From NCBI GenBank assembly GCA_036272515.1, contig DATAYO010000046.1, positions 1,627-65,626 of the forward strand: a stretch of 64,000 nt of DNA. The letters run 5' to 3'. A program made the translations under genes and the position numbers. The notes beneath the pieces are model-generated. The model worked only from the letters and a program-made list of their open reading frames with translations, had not been told where the DNA came from and did no database searches. Each line of letters begins with the position of its first letter. Positions within the stretch are counted from its first letter, which is position 1. Origin of the DNA: Steroidobacteraceae bacterium. Its GTDB lineage: Bacteria > Pseudomonadota > Gammaproteobacteria > Steroidobacterales > Steroidobacteraceae. Positions 9,951 through 19,756 of this stretch are shown piece by piece.

Positions 9951-10005
9951 CGCTCATGGCGTCGGCGCTCACTGCGCCACGCTCATGGCGCCGCTGCTCA
10001 CTGCG
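9951..10005. repeat. Imperfect 29-bp-period duplication between convergent genes that includes the glpK stop codon
   Basis: cgctcatggcgtcggcgctcactgcg (9951-9976) versus cgctcatggcgccgctgctcactgcg (9980-10005), 3 mismatches. The glpK stop (tca, 9998-10000) lies in copy 2. Confidence 0.7.
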
Positions 10006-11488
10006 TCAGCGCGCGACGCAAGGCGACCTGCCAGCCGGCAATCGCCTCGGTGCGGCGCGAAGGGGGCATCTGCGGTGCGAACCCGGCGCCTCTCGCCCAG
10101 GTGGCGGCCACGGCGTCGAGATCTTTCCATACGCCGGTCGCAAGACCGGCGAGGAATGCCGCGCCCAGCGCGGTGGTCTCGAGCTCGGTGGGCCGCTCCA
10201 CGCGGGCGTCGAGCACGTCGGAGAGGAACTGGCAGAACCAGTCGTTGGAGGCCATGCCGCCGTCGACCCGGATCGTGGCCGCGTGCGCGGCACCGTCGCG
10301 TACCATGGCCGATGCCAGATCCAGGGTCTGATAGGCCACCGATTCGAGCGCGGCGCGCGCGAGGTGTGCGCGGGTCGAGTCCAAGGTCAGCCCGCAGATG
10401 AGCCCTCGGGCGTTGGGATCCCAGTGCGGTGCGCCGAGTCCGACGAAGGCGGGAACGAGGTAGACGCCGTGATTCTCCGGCACCTGCACCGCGAGCGAGG
10501 CGGTGTCCGAGGCCTTATCGACCAGGCGCAGCCCGTCGCGCAGCCACTTGATAGCAGCGCCCGCGACGAAGATCGAGCCCTCCATCGCGTAGGTGATGCG
10601 GCCCTTGATACGATACGCCGGGGTGGTCAGGAGGCGATTGCGCGACTCCACCGGCACGCCGCCGGTATTGAGCAGCATGAAGCATCCGGTGCCGTAGGTG
10701 GACTTGACCATGCCCGGCTCGAAGCAGGCCTGACCCACGAGCGCGGCTTGTTGATCGCCGGCGATCCCGGCGATGGGGATGGGACGCTCGAACAGGCCAT
10801 CGGCGGTTTCGGCGTAGATCTCGCTGCTGTCCCGCACCTCAGGCAGCAGCGCACGCGGCACACGAATCAGCCGCAGCAGCTCGTCGTCCCATTGCTGCCG
10901 GTGAATGTCGAACAGCAGCGTGCGCGAGGCGTTGGTGACATCGGTCGCGTGCGTACGACCCGCGGTGAGACGCCAGAGCAGAAAGCTGTCGATCGTGCCG
11001 AAGGCGAGCTCGCCCCGCTCCGCACGCGCGCGCGCGCCGGGAACGTTGTCAAGGAGCCAGGCGACCTTGGTGCCCGAGAAATAGGGATCGATGAGCAGGC
11101 CGGTCCTGTGCCGCACCAGCTGCTCCGCGCCGTCGCGCTCGAGCTCCGCACACATCTGCGCGGTACGGCGGTCCTGCCAGACGATGGCCCGATGGATCGG
11201 AACTCCGGTGCGCCGGTCCCAGATGACCGCGGTCTCGCGCTGGTTGGTGATGCCGATCGCGGCGACTCCGCCGGCTCCGAGACCCGACTGCGCCAGAGCC
11301 TCCCGCGCCGTCGCCAGCGTATCGCGCCAGATGTCCTCGGCGTCGTGCTCGACCCAGCCGGCCGCGGGATAGTGCTGCGGGAATTCCCGCTGGGCGACCG
11401 CCACTTTCCTGGCCTCGTCGCTGAACACGATGCTGCGTGTGGAGGTCGTGCCCTGATCGATGGCGAGCACATGCCGGGCTCGAGTCAT
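9998..11488 (-). CDS. glpK: Glycerol kinase
   Basis: [22 protein letters not shown]...[11 protein letters not shown]...[13 protein letters not shown]...[10 protein letters not shown]. This is full-length FGGY kinase with the classic GlpK N-terminus. Start at ATG 11488. Confidence 0.95.
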   Translation of the reverse strand: MTRARHVLAIDQGTTSTRSIVFSDEARKVAVAQREFPQHYPAAGWVEHDAEDIWRDTLATAREALAQSGLGAGGVAAIGITNQRETAVIWDRRTGVPIHRAIVWQDRRTAQMCAELERDGAEQLVRHRTGLLIDPYFSGTKVAWLLDNVPGARARAERGELAFGTIDSFLLWRLTAGRTHATDVTNASRTLLFDIHRQQWDDELLRLIRVPRALLPEVRDSSEIYAETADGLFERPIPIAGIAGDQQAALVGQACFEPGMVKSTYGTGCFMLLNTGGVPVESRNRLLTTPAYRIKGRITYAMEGSIFVAGAAIKWLRDGLRLVDKASDTASLAVQVPENHGVYLVPAFVGLGAPHWDPNARGLICGLTLDSTRAHLARAALESVAYQTLDLASAMVRDGAAHAATIRVDGGMASNDWFCQFLSDVLDARVERPTELETTALGAAFLAGLATGVWKDLDAVAATWARGAGFAPQMPPSRRTEAIAGWQVALRRALTQ

Positions 11489-11651
11489 GATTTGTTCCCG
11501 CAACGCACCCTGATGCTCGCGACCCTAACCCCCGGGCCCGGCTTTCCGCAAGGCCCGTCTGTCAGCAAAGACGTACAGGGAGTCGCGGACCGCGGCTCTG
11601 GCGTGGCCGATTGAACCCGACATACTGGCCGTGAAGGGGGCGCTGACACCG

Positions 11652-11954
11652 ATGATCGCGAGAACAAGCATCAATCGATTACCCGCCGCGGTGGTGATTG
11701 CGGGCAGCGTGCTGGCAAACTCGATGGTCTGTCTAGCGGGCCAGCCGCATGACTACTCGGTCAGACGTCAATTCGTAGTCGAGGTCTGGAGCTGCATGAA
11801 GAAGCGCATGGCCGACGACCGCTCCATTTCTTACAACCATGCCTTCAAGGCCTGCAAGGCTCAGGTGGCGGGGCAGCAAGCCGGCTCGCAGCAAGCCGGC
11901 TCGCAGCCAGCCCCGCTCGTCGCCGCCGAGGTCGCGGCCGACGGCAAGCATTGA
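11652..11954 (+). CDS. Hypothetical small secreted protein
   Basis: ATG 11652 is preceded by GAAGGGGG. N-terminal signal-like segment MIARTSINRLPAAVVIAGSVLANSMVCLAG. Contains a 15-bp x2 in-frame duplication (11874-11903, QQAGSQQAGS). I recognise no family. Confidence 0.4.
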   Translation: MIARTSINRLPAAVVIAGSVLANSMVCLAGQPHDYSVRRQFVVEVWSCMKKRMADDRSISYNHAFKACKAQVAGQQAGSQQAGSQPAPLVAAEVAADGKH

Positions 11955-11982
11955 TCCGGGGCTATCCGTTACCATGTGAGGC

Positions 11983-12771
11983 ATGCGCCTCGTCACGTAC
12001 AACGTCAACGGTATCGGTGCCCGGCTCGCGAATTTCCTGCGCTGGCTCGAGCAAACCGCCCCCGACATCGTTTGCCTGCAGGAGCTCAAAACGCCGCAGG
12101 ACAAATTTCCGGAGGCCGAGATACGAAATCTCGGTTATGGCGTCATCTGGCACGGGCAGAAGAGCTGGAACGGCGTCGCCATCCTCGCCCGCAACGCCGA
12201 GCCGGTCGAGTTACGGCGGGTGCTGCCCGGCGACCCCGAGGACGAGCATAGCCGCTACATCGAGGCCCTGGTCAACGGCCTGACGGTCGGATGCCTGTAT
12301 CTGCCGAACGGCAACCCGGCGCCCGGACCGAAGTTCGATTACAAACTCGGGTGGCTCGCGCGGCTCCTCACGCACGCGGCCACCCTGGTATCGAGCGCAT
12401 CGCCGGTGATTCTCGCCGGCGACTACAACGTGATTCCGACCGAGCGCGACGTCTACAAGCCCGAGCGATGGGTCGATGACGCGCTGTTCCGCGTGGAGGT
12501 GCGTCAGTCGTTCGGTGAGCTGCTCCGGCAGGGATGGACGGACGCGATTCGACGTCTGCACCCCGACAAGACGATTTACACGTTCTGGGATTTCTTTCGC
12601 AATGCCTATGGGCGGGATGCCGGGTTGCGCATCGACCATCTGCTGCTGAACGCGCCGGCCGCCGCGCGTCTGTCGGCTGCGGGGGTCGAACGCGAGGTGC
12701 GCGGCTGGGACAAGCCGAGCGACCACGCACCGACGTGGGTGGAGCTGCGCGACGCTCCGGCCGGCCCATGA
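11983..12771 (+). CDS. xthA: Exodeoxyribonuclease III
   Basis: MRLVTYNVNGIGARL...PDIVCLQELK...WNGVAILAR...SDHAPTWVEL; full-length Xth/APE1-family endonuclease signature. Confidence 0.93.
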   Translation: MRLVTYNVNGIGARLANFLRWLEQTAPDIVCLQELKTPQDKFPEAEIRNLGYGVIWHGQKSWNGVAILARNAEPVELRRVLPGDPEDEHSRYIEALVNGLTVGCLYLPNGNPAPGPKFDYKLGWLARLLTHAATLVSSASPVILAGDYNVIPTERDVYKPERWVDDALFRVEVRQSFGELLRQGWTDAIRRLHPDKTIYTFWDFFRNAYGRDAGLRIDHLLLNAPAAARLSAAGVEREVRGWDKPSDHAPTWVELRDAPAGP

Positions 12772-12825
12772 TCTGCGCTTGCGACGCCTTGCGACGCTCG
12801 GTGTCGTCCGTCTGATCCTGCGGCT

Positions 12826-13710
12826 GTGGTTGAGGCCCGCGGCTTGAGCCCCCCGCTCCACGACGTCTCGGACACCGCCTTCTGGATCGCCTATCACCGC
12901 GCCCTGGAGAGCGAACGGCCCGATGCGCTGTTTCACGATCCGTTCGCCGCCCGGCTTGCGGGCGAGCGAGGCCGGCGCATCTCCGAGGCCATGCCCACCT
13001 CGCGAATCGTCGGATGGATGGTGGCATTGCGTACCCGCATCATCGACGATTACATCACGCTTGCCGTTCGAGCGGGAATCGACACCGTGCTGTGCCTGGG
13101 CGCCGGGCTGGACGCGCGTCCCTATCGGATGGCGCTGCCACCCGGCCTGCGCTGGATCGAGGCCGACTATCCGCACGTCATCGAGTACAAGGAAGCGGTC
13201 CTGCGGCACGAGACACCGCGCTGCCGCCTCGAGCGCGTCAAAATCGATCTTGCCGTCGAGGCCGACCGGCAGGCGCTGCTCGAGCGTATCGATGCGTCCT
13301 CGGAGGCGATTCTCATCCTGACCGAGGGCGTGATTCCGTATCTCGACAATGACGAGGCCGCCTCGCTGGCCGGGGCCTTGCGCTCGATGCGCCGCGCGCG
13401 CTTCTGGATCGTCGACTATCTGTCCCCGCAGGCGGTCGAATTTCGCCGCCGCCGGCGCGTCAGCCGCGCGATGCAGAACGCACCGTTCAAGTTCGCGCCG
13501 GGCGACTGGTTTGCGTTCTTTCGGGAGCATGGCTGGCAGGTCAAAGAGATCCGCTATTATCCCGAGGAGGGGGTGCGGTATTCTCGCCCCATGCCGCTCG
13601 CGGCGATGGCGCGGTTGCTGCTTGCGGTGTCTAGGTTGTGGATGACGGAGCGACGGCGCGGGGAATTCCGCCGATTCGGCGGCTATGCGTTGCTCGAGCC
13701 TTTGGAATAA
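12826..13710 (+). CDS. Class I SAM-dependent methyltransferase (leucine carboxyl methyltransferase/TIGR00027-like)
   Basis: SDTAFWIAYHRALESERPDALFHDPFAARLAG...IDTVLCLGAGLDARPYR...EADYPHVIEYK. GTG start, exact start uncertain. Confidence 0.75.
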   Translation: MVEARGLSPPLHDVSDTAFWIAYHRALESERPDALFHDPFAARLAGERGRRISEAMPTSRIVGWMVALRTRIIDDYITLAVRAGIDTVLCLGAGLDARPYRMALPPGLRWIEADYPHVIEYKEAVLRHETPRCRLERVKIDLAVEADRQALLERIDASSEAILILTEGVIPYLDNDEAASLAGALRSMRRARFWIVDYLSPQAVEFRRRRRVSRAMQNAPFKFAPGDWFAFFREHGWQVKEIRYYPEEGVRYSRPMPLAAMARLLLAVSRLWMTERRRGEFRRFGGYALLEPLE

Positions 13711-13807
13711 GGGGGGCGTGAACAAAGCTCCGACTTGTGCGAACATCGGGCTCAGGTAGCGTGCTGCGGCAAGAGGTTCGCCAACTTACTTTTCCGGGAT
13801 CCGAGCA

Positions 13808-14725
13808 TTGACCAGCATCCTTTCCGGTCGCGATGGCGGTGCCATCGACGGCGGCGACGACTCCACGCCCCGTGGCCGCGCCTTCGCGGGACTTGCGGCT
13901 GAGCTCGAATCACGCAATGTCCAACCCGTCGTCGTCGCCAGCCATCCCCGCTCCGGAACGCATCTTCTCATCGATTCGCTTCGGCTGAACTGCCCGGAGT
14001 GCCAAAGCTACAAGTGGCTGGGGGAGCGACAGGACCGGCTGTACCTGAACGTCGATCACGTCGGGGGGACGCCGCCGCTGGCGGCCGGCGCGGTACGGCG
14101 CATTATGTTACGTCCCACCCGCCCGATCATCAAAACACACGCCTGGCCCGGGTTCCAGCGCACGATGTTTCAGGGCGACGACACCCGTCACCCCGCGGTG
14201 TTCTTTGACTGGCTCGAACGCAGCGCCGCGCAGCTGTACATTTACCGTGACGGCCGCGAGGTGATGCGCTCGCTGCACACCTTCATGCGGGATTTCGATC
14301 CGACCGCCCACGTGAGCCTGGGTGAGTTCATCCGGCAGGAAGTGCACGGCATGAGCCGTCCGCGCGCATGGGCCGAGCACGTCCGCCAGTGGTCGCTGCG
14401 GCCCGACGTCTATTGCGTCAGAATGGAGAGTCTCGTCCGAATGCCCGCGCTGACCATCGCACAGGTCGCCGAACGCCTGCGACTGCGGCTGGCAAGCACG
14501 ATCTCGCAGCCCGCGCAAACCCGTTCGCCGCGCGGAAGCCTGATTCAGCGCCTCACCCAGGTGCGCCCGCAGAGCACCGCCATTCTCGCCCATGCCCGCG
14601 CCAGGATCCCTCCCTGGCAGGAGCAGTTGACTCGAGACGACATGAAGTTCCTGCGCGACGAAACGGGCGACCTGTTGGTCAAGCTGAAGTACGAGCAGTC
14701 GTCGGAGTGGCCCGACCGATATTGA
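13808..14725 (+). CDS. Sulfotransferase family protein
   Basis: PAPS 5'-phosphosulfate-binding-loop-like VVVASHPRSGTHLLIDSL and 3'-phosphate-binding-like YIYRDGREVMRSL. TTG start in the track; the true start is uncertain. Confidence 0.55.
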   Translation: MTSILSGRDGGAIDGGDDSTPRGRAFAGLAAELESRNVQPVVVASHPRSGTHLLIDSLRLNCPECQSYKWLGERQDRLYLNVDHVGGTPPLAAGAVRRIMLRPTRPIIKTHAWPGFQRTMFQGDDTRHPAVFFDWLERSAAQLYIYRDGREVMRSLHTFMRDFDPTAHVSLGEFIRQEVHGMSRPRAWAEHVRQWSLRPDVYCVRMESLVRMPALTIAQVAERLRLRLASTISQPAQTRSPRGSLIQRLTQVRPQSTAILAHARARIPPWQEQLTRDDMKFLRDETGDLLVKLKYEQSSEWPDRY

Positions 14726-14749
14726 ACTGTCGGGCGGCGGCGACAAGCA

Positions 14750-16981
14750 TCAAGGGGGATGCGGGCGTGCGGCCGCTTCCTCCTGCTCCTTCAGCTTCCA
14801 GCCGCCATCGATGAGATAGGCATGAATCGCCTGCGCGTCCGCGGCCGACAGCACGTCGTCGAAGCGGCCCATGCCCTTCGGCGCATAGGCGCCGCCGAGC
14901 ACAATGCCGTCGAACAGCAGCTGCGTACCCGGTTCAAGGCGCCGGAGGTCCGGCAGATTTCCGCGGCCCATCACATGGCAGCGTGAGCAGTAGCGGTTGT
15001 AGAGCACCTCCCCGGCCGCGATCTGCCGCCGGTCCATCGGCCGCGCAGGCAGCTCCGGAAACGGCGGGTCGGTGCGCAGCGGCGGAAGCGGTGGCGTCGC
15101 GCCGCCGAGCTTCAGGGCGATGATGCGGCCATCGTTGCCATACCGGTACGCGGCCGACGCCGGATCGAGAGGGTAGCCGTTGATGACCCCGCCGCCGCCG
15201 TAACCGGCCACGACGGCAACATACTGCACACCCTTCACCCGATAGGTCATGGGCGCCGCCATGATCGAGGTCCCGAGCGAAATCGACGCCAGCCGCCGGC
15301 CGCTGTCCGAGGCGTAGGCATTGAGATTGCCGTTGGCGTCGCCCTGAAACACCAGCCCGCCGGCGGTCGCGAGCACGCCGCCGTCGAAGGCGGTGGCGGT
15401 TTGCGTCTCCCACTGCACGCGGTGGTCCTTGACGCGGTAGGCGCGCAGAAAGCCGCGCGAGGCGGGATTGGTCTTGATCGGCCGCTCGAGGTCGGCGAGC
15501 GGCGGCAGCAGACCATATAAGGAGCGCATGGAAACCGGGTCGTAGACTTCCGGCGGAAACGCCGGTGTCGTGAATTGACCTTCCACGAGCCCGGCCCGCC
15601 GGCCGCCGGTCTCGATCAGGACGTTGCCCGCCTCCTGCACCGAAATGTAGGTGAGCCCCCGAGCGGCGTCGTACGCCATCGGCTGCCAGGTGTGCGCCCC
15701 CGCCTCCGAGGGAAACACGAGCACAGGACCGCGGCCGTAATCGGCGCTCGGGTCGACGATCGGCCGTCCGCTCTTCGGATCGATGCCACGCGCCCAGCTC
15801 ACGTAGGCGAACTTGTCCGCGGACAGGAGCGCACCGCTTGCGCGGTCGAGCACGTAATAGAAGCCGTTCTTGCCCGCCTGCATGATCACGGGTCGGCGCT
15901 GTCCGGCGAGCTCCACGTCGGCAAGCACGAACTTCTGGGTGCCGTCGAAATCCCAGCGATCGCCGGGCGTGGTCTGGTAGTACCAGGCCATGGACCCATC
16001 GCGCGCATGGATGGCGATGATCGATGCCGCGTAGAGCTCGTCACCGCCGCGGCGGCCGCCGAGCTTCATGTCGTACGGTGCCGCATTGCCGGTGCCGATG
16101 TAGACCAGATTGAGCGCCGGGTCGTAGGCCATGCCGTCCCAGACGTTGCCGCCGATACCGGCGTTCCACGGGTGCTGCGGATCCCAGGTCTTGACCGCCG
16201 CCGCCAGGTGCGGCTGGTCCTGCGGCCCCAAGGCCGGGTCGCGCGGCACCGTGAAGAATCGCCAGCGCAATACGCCGCTCTCTCGATCGTACGCGGATAC
16301 GTAGCCGCGCGCGCCCGCGAAATCCCCGCCGCCGTTGCCGATGATGACCAGGTTTCCCGCGAGCTGCGGTGCGCCGGTGATGGTGTAGGGCCTGCGCTCA
16401 TCGCGCCCGATCAAGGTGTCGACCTTCCACAGCAGCCGGCCGGTGCGTGCATCGAGCGCATGCAGCCAGCCGTCGAGCGCACCCACGTACAGACGACCGT
16501 CGAACGCGGCGAGCCCGCGGTTGACGGCGTCGCAGCAGGCATAGCGCGCCCAGCGGCCGTCGATGTGCGGATCGTAGGTCCAGATCTCTTTGCCCGAGGC
16601 GGCGTCGAGCGCATAGGTGCGGCCGAAATTGCTGGTCGCATACATCACGCCGTCGATGACCAGCGGCGTCGATTCCTGGCCGCGGTTGGTCCCGAGCCGA
16701 TAGTCCCAGGCAAAGCCGAGCTTGCCGACATTGCCTGCGTCGATGTCTTTGAGCGGCGAGAAATAGGTGCCGTCGGCGTCCCGCCCCGGGGTCACCCAGT
16801 CGTCGGCATCGGGCGCTGCCAGGCGCGCGGCGGTCACATCCGCCGCCTTGACCTGCGGTGCGGGCGCGCCGGTCGCGACGGGCGGTGCGGGCGCGGGCCC
16901 GGCATGCTGAGCGCAACCGCCGGCGATCGCGAGCATGGCGCCGGCCAGCGAGGCCAACGCGGCGAAGCCGCATGTCGTCAT
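14750..16981 (-). CDS. PQQ-dependent quinohemoprotein alcohol dehydrogenase (type II, with C-terminal cytochrome c domain)
   Basis: 743 aa. Beta-propeller PQQ-ADH sequence (WDYRLGTNRGQESTPLVIDGVMY..., CCDAVNRG vicinal Cys pair). C-terminal heme c site YNRYCSRCH. ATG is preceded by AGAGGA. N-terminal signal with IAGGC. Confidence 0.9.
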   Translation of the reverse strand: MTTCGFAALASLAGAMLAIAGGCAQHAGPAPAPPVATGAPAPQVKAADVTAARLAAPDADDWVTPGRDADGTYFSPLKDIDAGNVGKLGFAWDYRLGTNRGQESTPLVIDGVMYATSNFGRTYALDAASGKEIWTYDPHIDGRWARYACCDAVNRGLAAFDGRLYVGALDGWLHALDARTGRLLWKVDTLIGRDERRPYTITGAPQLAGNLVIIGNGGGDFAGARGYVSAYDRESGVLRWRFFTVPRDPALGPQDQPHLAAAVKTWDPQHPWNAGIGGNVWDGMAYDPALNLVYIGTGNAAPYDMKLGGRRGGDELYAASIIAIHARDGSMAWYYQTTPGDRWDFDGTQKFVLADVELAGQRRPVIMQAGKNGFYYVLDRASGALLSADKFAYVSWARGIDPKSGRPIVDPSADYGRGPVLVFPSEAGAHTWQPMAYDAARGLTYISVQEAGNVLIETGGRRAGLVEGQFTTPAFPPEVYDPVSMRSLYGLLPPLADLERPIKTNPASRGFLRAYRVKDHRVQWETQTATAFDGGVLATAGGLVFQGDANGNLNAYASDSGRRLASISLGTSIMAAPMTYRVKGVQYVAVVAGYGGGGVINGYPLDPASAAYRYGNDGRIIALKLGGATPPLPPLRTDPPFPELPARPMDRRQIAAGEVLYNRYCSRCHVMGRGNLPDLRRLEPGTQLLFDGIVLGGAYAPKGMGRFDDVLSAADAQAIHAYLIDGGWKLKEQEEAAARPHPP

Positions 16982-17034
16982 CCTCTTTCCCCCGGAACAC
17001 GAGGCGCCAATAGGGGCGCCGCAACAATTCTATA

Positions 17035-17955
17035 TCATGGGGCAATTGCCCTTCGCGGGACCTCGGGTTTCAGCGCCCGGCAGTGCTCGATGAAGCGGTG
17101 CAGGCCGGCCGACAGGGTTTTCTCTCGATGCCAGATGAGCGACAGCCGCCGCTCGAGAGGCGGTAGCCGCGTATCGAGGACGGCGAGCCGCTTGGCGCGC
17201 ACCAGATCGCTCACCACCCAGCGCGACAGACAGCTCACGCCGAGCCCGAAGGCGGCGGCATTCTTGATGGCCTCGGAGCTGCCGAGGATGCGCGCCTCGC
17301 CGAACGACTCGATATGCGAAAGCAGCGCCTGGTCCACCGCGTCCCGGGTGCCGGAGCCCCGCTCGCGCAGCAGCCAGGGCCCCGTGGCGAGCTGAGCGAC
17401 CGTCAGCGGCCGGCGCCGCGCGGCGCGGGCGAGCGGATGCTCCGGCGCCGCCACCACGACCAGCTGGTCGCGGATCCAGGGCGTCACCACGATCCCGGCG
17501 TCGTGGCACGGCCCCTCGATCAGCCCGAGCTCCGCCGAGAAATCCTCGACGGCGCGCACCACCTCGAGCGTGTTGCCGATGCGCGCCTCCACCCGGCCCT
17601 GCGGACATGAGCGTCGAAAGCCGGCAAGCAGTTTCGGGACCAGGTAGTTACCGATCGTGGTGCTCGCATGGATGCTCAGCTCGAAGACGCTGGAGCGGCT
17701 CGCGCCGGATTCCAGCTGGCGCGCGTTGTCGAGGATGCCGAGCGCCTTCGGCAGCATCGCCCTGCCGTCGGCATTGAGCGCCAGCCGCTTGCCGATGCGG
17801 TCGAACAGGCGCACCCCGAGTGCCCGCTCGAGCTGATTGAGTCCCGCGCTGGCCGCGGATTGCGACAGCGGCAGGGTCTGCGCCGCCGCCGCGGTGCTGC
17901 CCTCGCCGGCGACGGCGCGAAAGATCTCGAGTTGACGCAGCGTGATCCGGTACAT
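17035..17955 (-). CDS. LysR family transcriptional regulator (YeiE-like, divergent from the yeiH-like transporter)
   Basis: MYRITLRQLEIFRAVAGEGSTAAAAQTLPLSQSAASAGLNQLE is a LysR HTH. Start at ATG 17955. The divergent arrangement with a UPF0324 transporter mirrors E. coli yeiE-yeiH. Confidence 0.9.
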   Translation of the reverse strand: MYRITLRQLEIFRAVAGEGSTAAAAQTLPLSQSAASAGLNQLERALGVRLFDRIGKRLALNADGRAMLPKALGILDNARQLESGASRSSVFELSIHASTTIGNYLVPKLLAGFRRSCPQGRVEARIGNTLEVVRAVEDFSAELGLIEGPCHDAGIVVTPWIRDQLVVVAAPEHPLARAARRRPLTVAQLATGPWLLRERGSGTRDAVDQALLSHIESFGEARILGSSEAIKNAAAFGLGVSCLSRWVVSDLVRAKRLAVLDTRLPPLERRLSLIWHREKTLSAGLHRFIEHCRALKPEVPRRAIAP

Positions 17956-18152
17956 GGACGGCTCCAATCAAGCGATTTGTTCGATTGATTATAGACAGAT
18001 TATGCGTTTTGACGATCGATTGGCGGAGCGCATAGTCGCTTCGCCCGGGGTCGTTCGCCCGGGCTCGTTCGCCCGGGGTCGTTCGCCCGGGAGTGTTCAC
18101 GCGGGGTTGTTCACGCGGAATCGCTTCGGCAACTTTTTGAGGAGTGTTTGTC

Positions 18153-19226
18153 ATGGCTATCGAATCGATCCGCTCCAAGGCCGCCGGCATCGCATTGGTC
18201 GGCGCGCTCGCGCTCGCGGCGCTCGGGCTCGCCCGGCTCCGGCTGGTTCAAGCCGGCGGCCTGAGCGCGCTCACCCTCGCCATCCTGCTGGGGATGCTGG
18301 TCGGCAACGCCCTGCTGGGGGCCGGCGAATCGCGCTTCTCGGCGGGCGTCGACTTCGGCAAGCAGGCGCTGCTGCGCTTCGGCATCGTGCTGTACGGGCT
18401 GCGGCTCACCTTCCAGGATATTGCGCACGTCGGTGCGGCGGGACTTGTGATCGACCTGGTCATGCTGAGCTGCACGTTCCTGCTCGCCTGGTGGGCCGGT
18501 ACGCGCTGGTTCCATCTCGATCGCAGCACGGCCATGCTGATCGGGGCAGGCAGCGCGATCTGCGGCGCGGCCGCGGTGATGGCCACCGACCCCGTCGTGC
18601 GCGGCCGGGCGGAGCAGGTTGCCGTGGCCGTTTCGACGGTCGTGGTCTTCGGCACGGCGGCGATTTTTCTATATCCCTTCCTCTATCATCTCAACCTCGC
18701 GCACCCGCTGGTGGCGATGGACTCGCGTGCTTACGGCATATTCGCCGGATCAACCATCCATGAAGTGGCGCAGGTGGTCGCGGCGGGCCGAGCCGTGGGC
18801 ACCGGAGCCGCCGATACCGCCGTCATCACCAAGATGGTGCGGGTGATGCTGCTCGCACCATTTCTCCTCCTGCTGTCGGCGTACCTGGCGCGCTCCTCGT
18901 CCGATGAGCGATCTGCGGACGCCGGCGCTCCGCCGGTTCGCACGTCATCGGTCCGCTCGAAGATCACGATTCCCTGGTTCGCGTTGTGGTTCGTGGCGGT
19001 GGCGGCCCTGCACTCCCTGGTGCCTCTGCCGGCAGCGTGGGTCGGCGCGGCGGTGAATGCCGATACGCTGATCCTCGCGATGGCCATGGCGGCGCTCGGC
19101 GTCACCACCCATATGTCTGCCGTCGGCAAGGCGGGCGTGAAACCCATCGCTCTGGGCGCGCTGCTGTTCGCGTGGCTGATCGTCGGCGGCGCCGTGGTCA
19201 ACACGGTGATCGAGCGCGTGCTCTGA
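18153..19226 (+). CDS. YeiH/UPF0324 family putative sulfate-exporter-type membrane protein
   Basis: Polytopic membrane protein. ATG 18153 lies 8 nt after GAGGAG. Sequence ...LAILLGMLVGN...LLRFGIVLYGLRLTFQDI...GAGSAICGAAAV is typical of the family. Confidence 0.85.
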   Translation: MAIESIRSKAAGIALVGALALAALGLARLRLVQAGGLSALTLAILLGMLVGNALLGAGESRFSAGVDFGKQALLRFGIVLYGLRLTFQDIAHVGAAGLVIDLVMLSCTFLLAWWAGTRWFHLDRSTAMLIGAGSAICGAAAVMATDPVVRGRAEQVAVAVSTVVVFGTAAIFLYPFLYHLNLAHPLVAMDSRAYGIFAGSTIHEVAQVVAAGRAVGTGAADTAVITKMVRVMLLAPFLLLLSAYLARSSSDERSADAGAPPVRTSSVRSKITIPWFALWFVAVAALHSLVPLPAAWVGAAVNADTLILAMAMAALGVTTHMSAVGKAGVKPIALGALLFAWLIVGGAVVNTVIERVL

Positions 19227-19238
19227 TTCTCGCGTGCT

Positions 19239-19520
19239 TCAGTTCAGAGTGAAGGTCCGCTTCAAGAGGTACGAGCCGAGGCCGCCCTCGACGCTGTAAT
19301 AAAGCCAGTCGCAATTCTCGAAATCACCGAGGACGACGAGTCCGAAAAATCCGGCGCATAGGATCAGGAGGCCGAAGCAGGCCGGCCATACACCGGAGCC
19401 GCCGTCGAAGAAACGTGTAACCAGGCTTCCCGGCTCGTCGAGCAACCAGGACTTGGGCTTGATGTCGGCCGTCAGAACGGCCAGTGCCAGGAACCACATG
19501 GTCGGCGCCTCTCGTGTCAT
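19239..19520 (-). CDS. Hypothetical small membrane protein
   Basis: 93-aa ORF with two hydrophobic segments (MWFLALAVL..., ACFGLLILCAGFFGLVVLG). It sits in a lower-GC stretch convergent with the yeiH-like gene. No family recognised; the start may be at Met8 (19499). Confidence 0.35.
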   Translation of the reverse strand: MTREAPTMWFLALAVLTADIKPKSWLLDEPGSLVTRFFDGGSGVWPACFGLLILCAGFFGLVVLGDFENCDWLYYSVEGGLGSYLLKRTFTLN

Positions 19521-19756
19521 CCATTACGAAGCGTTGCCATCTTGCAGAACCGCTCCCGGTGCGGCGCGGCAACAAGTCTCAGGAGCGTTATGTCAACGTG
19601 TGATCGGCATCACGAGCCGGCGACATGACAGAAGCCGGCCTGGGGAATGGTACAAGGGAGCAGGTAGGACAAATGTAGGCGAATTCCTGCAGCGCGCGGA
19701 CGGGAGATGCACTAGGATCAAAAAATAATATCCAAGAACAACTGTTCAGGGATGAA

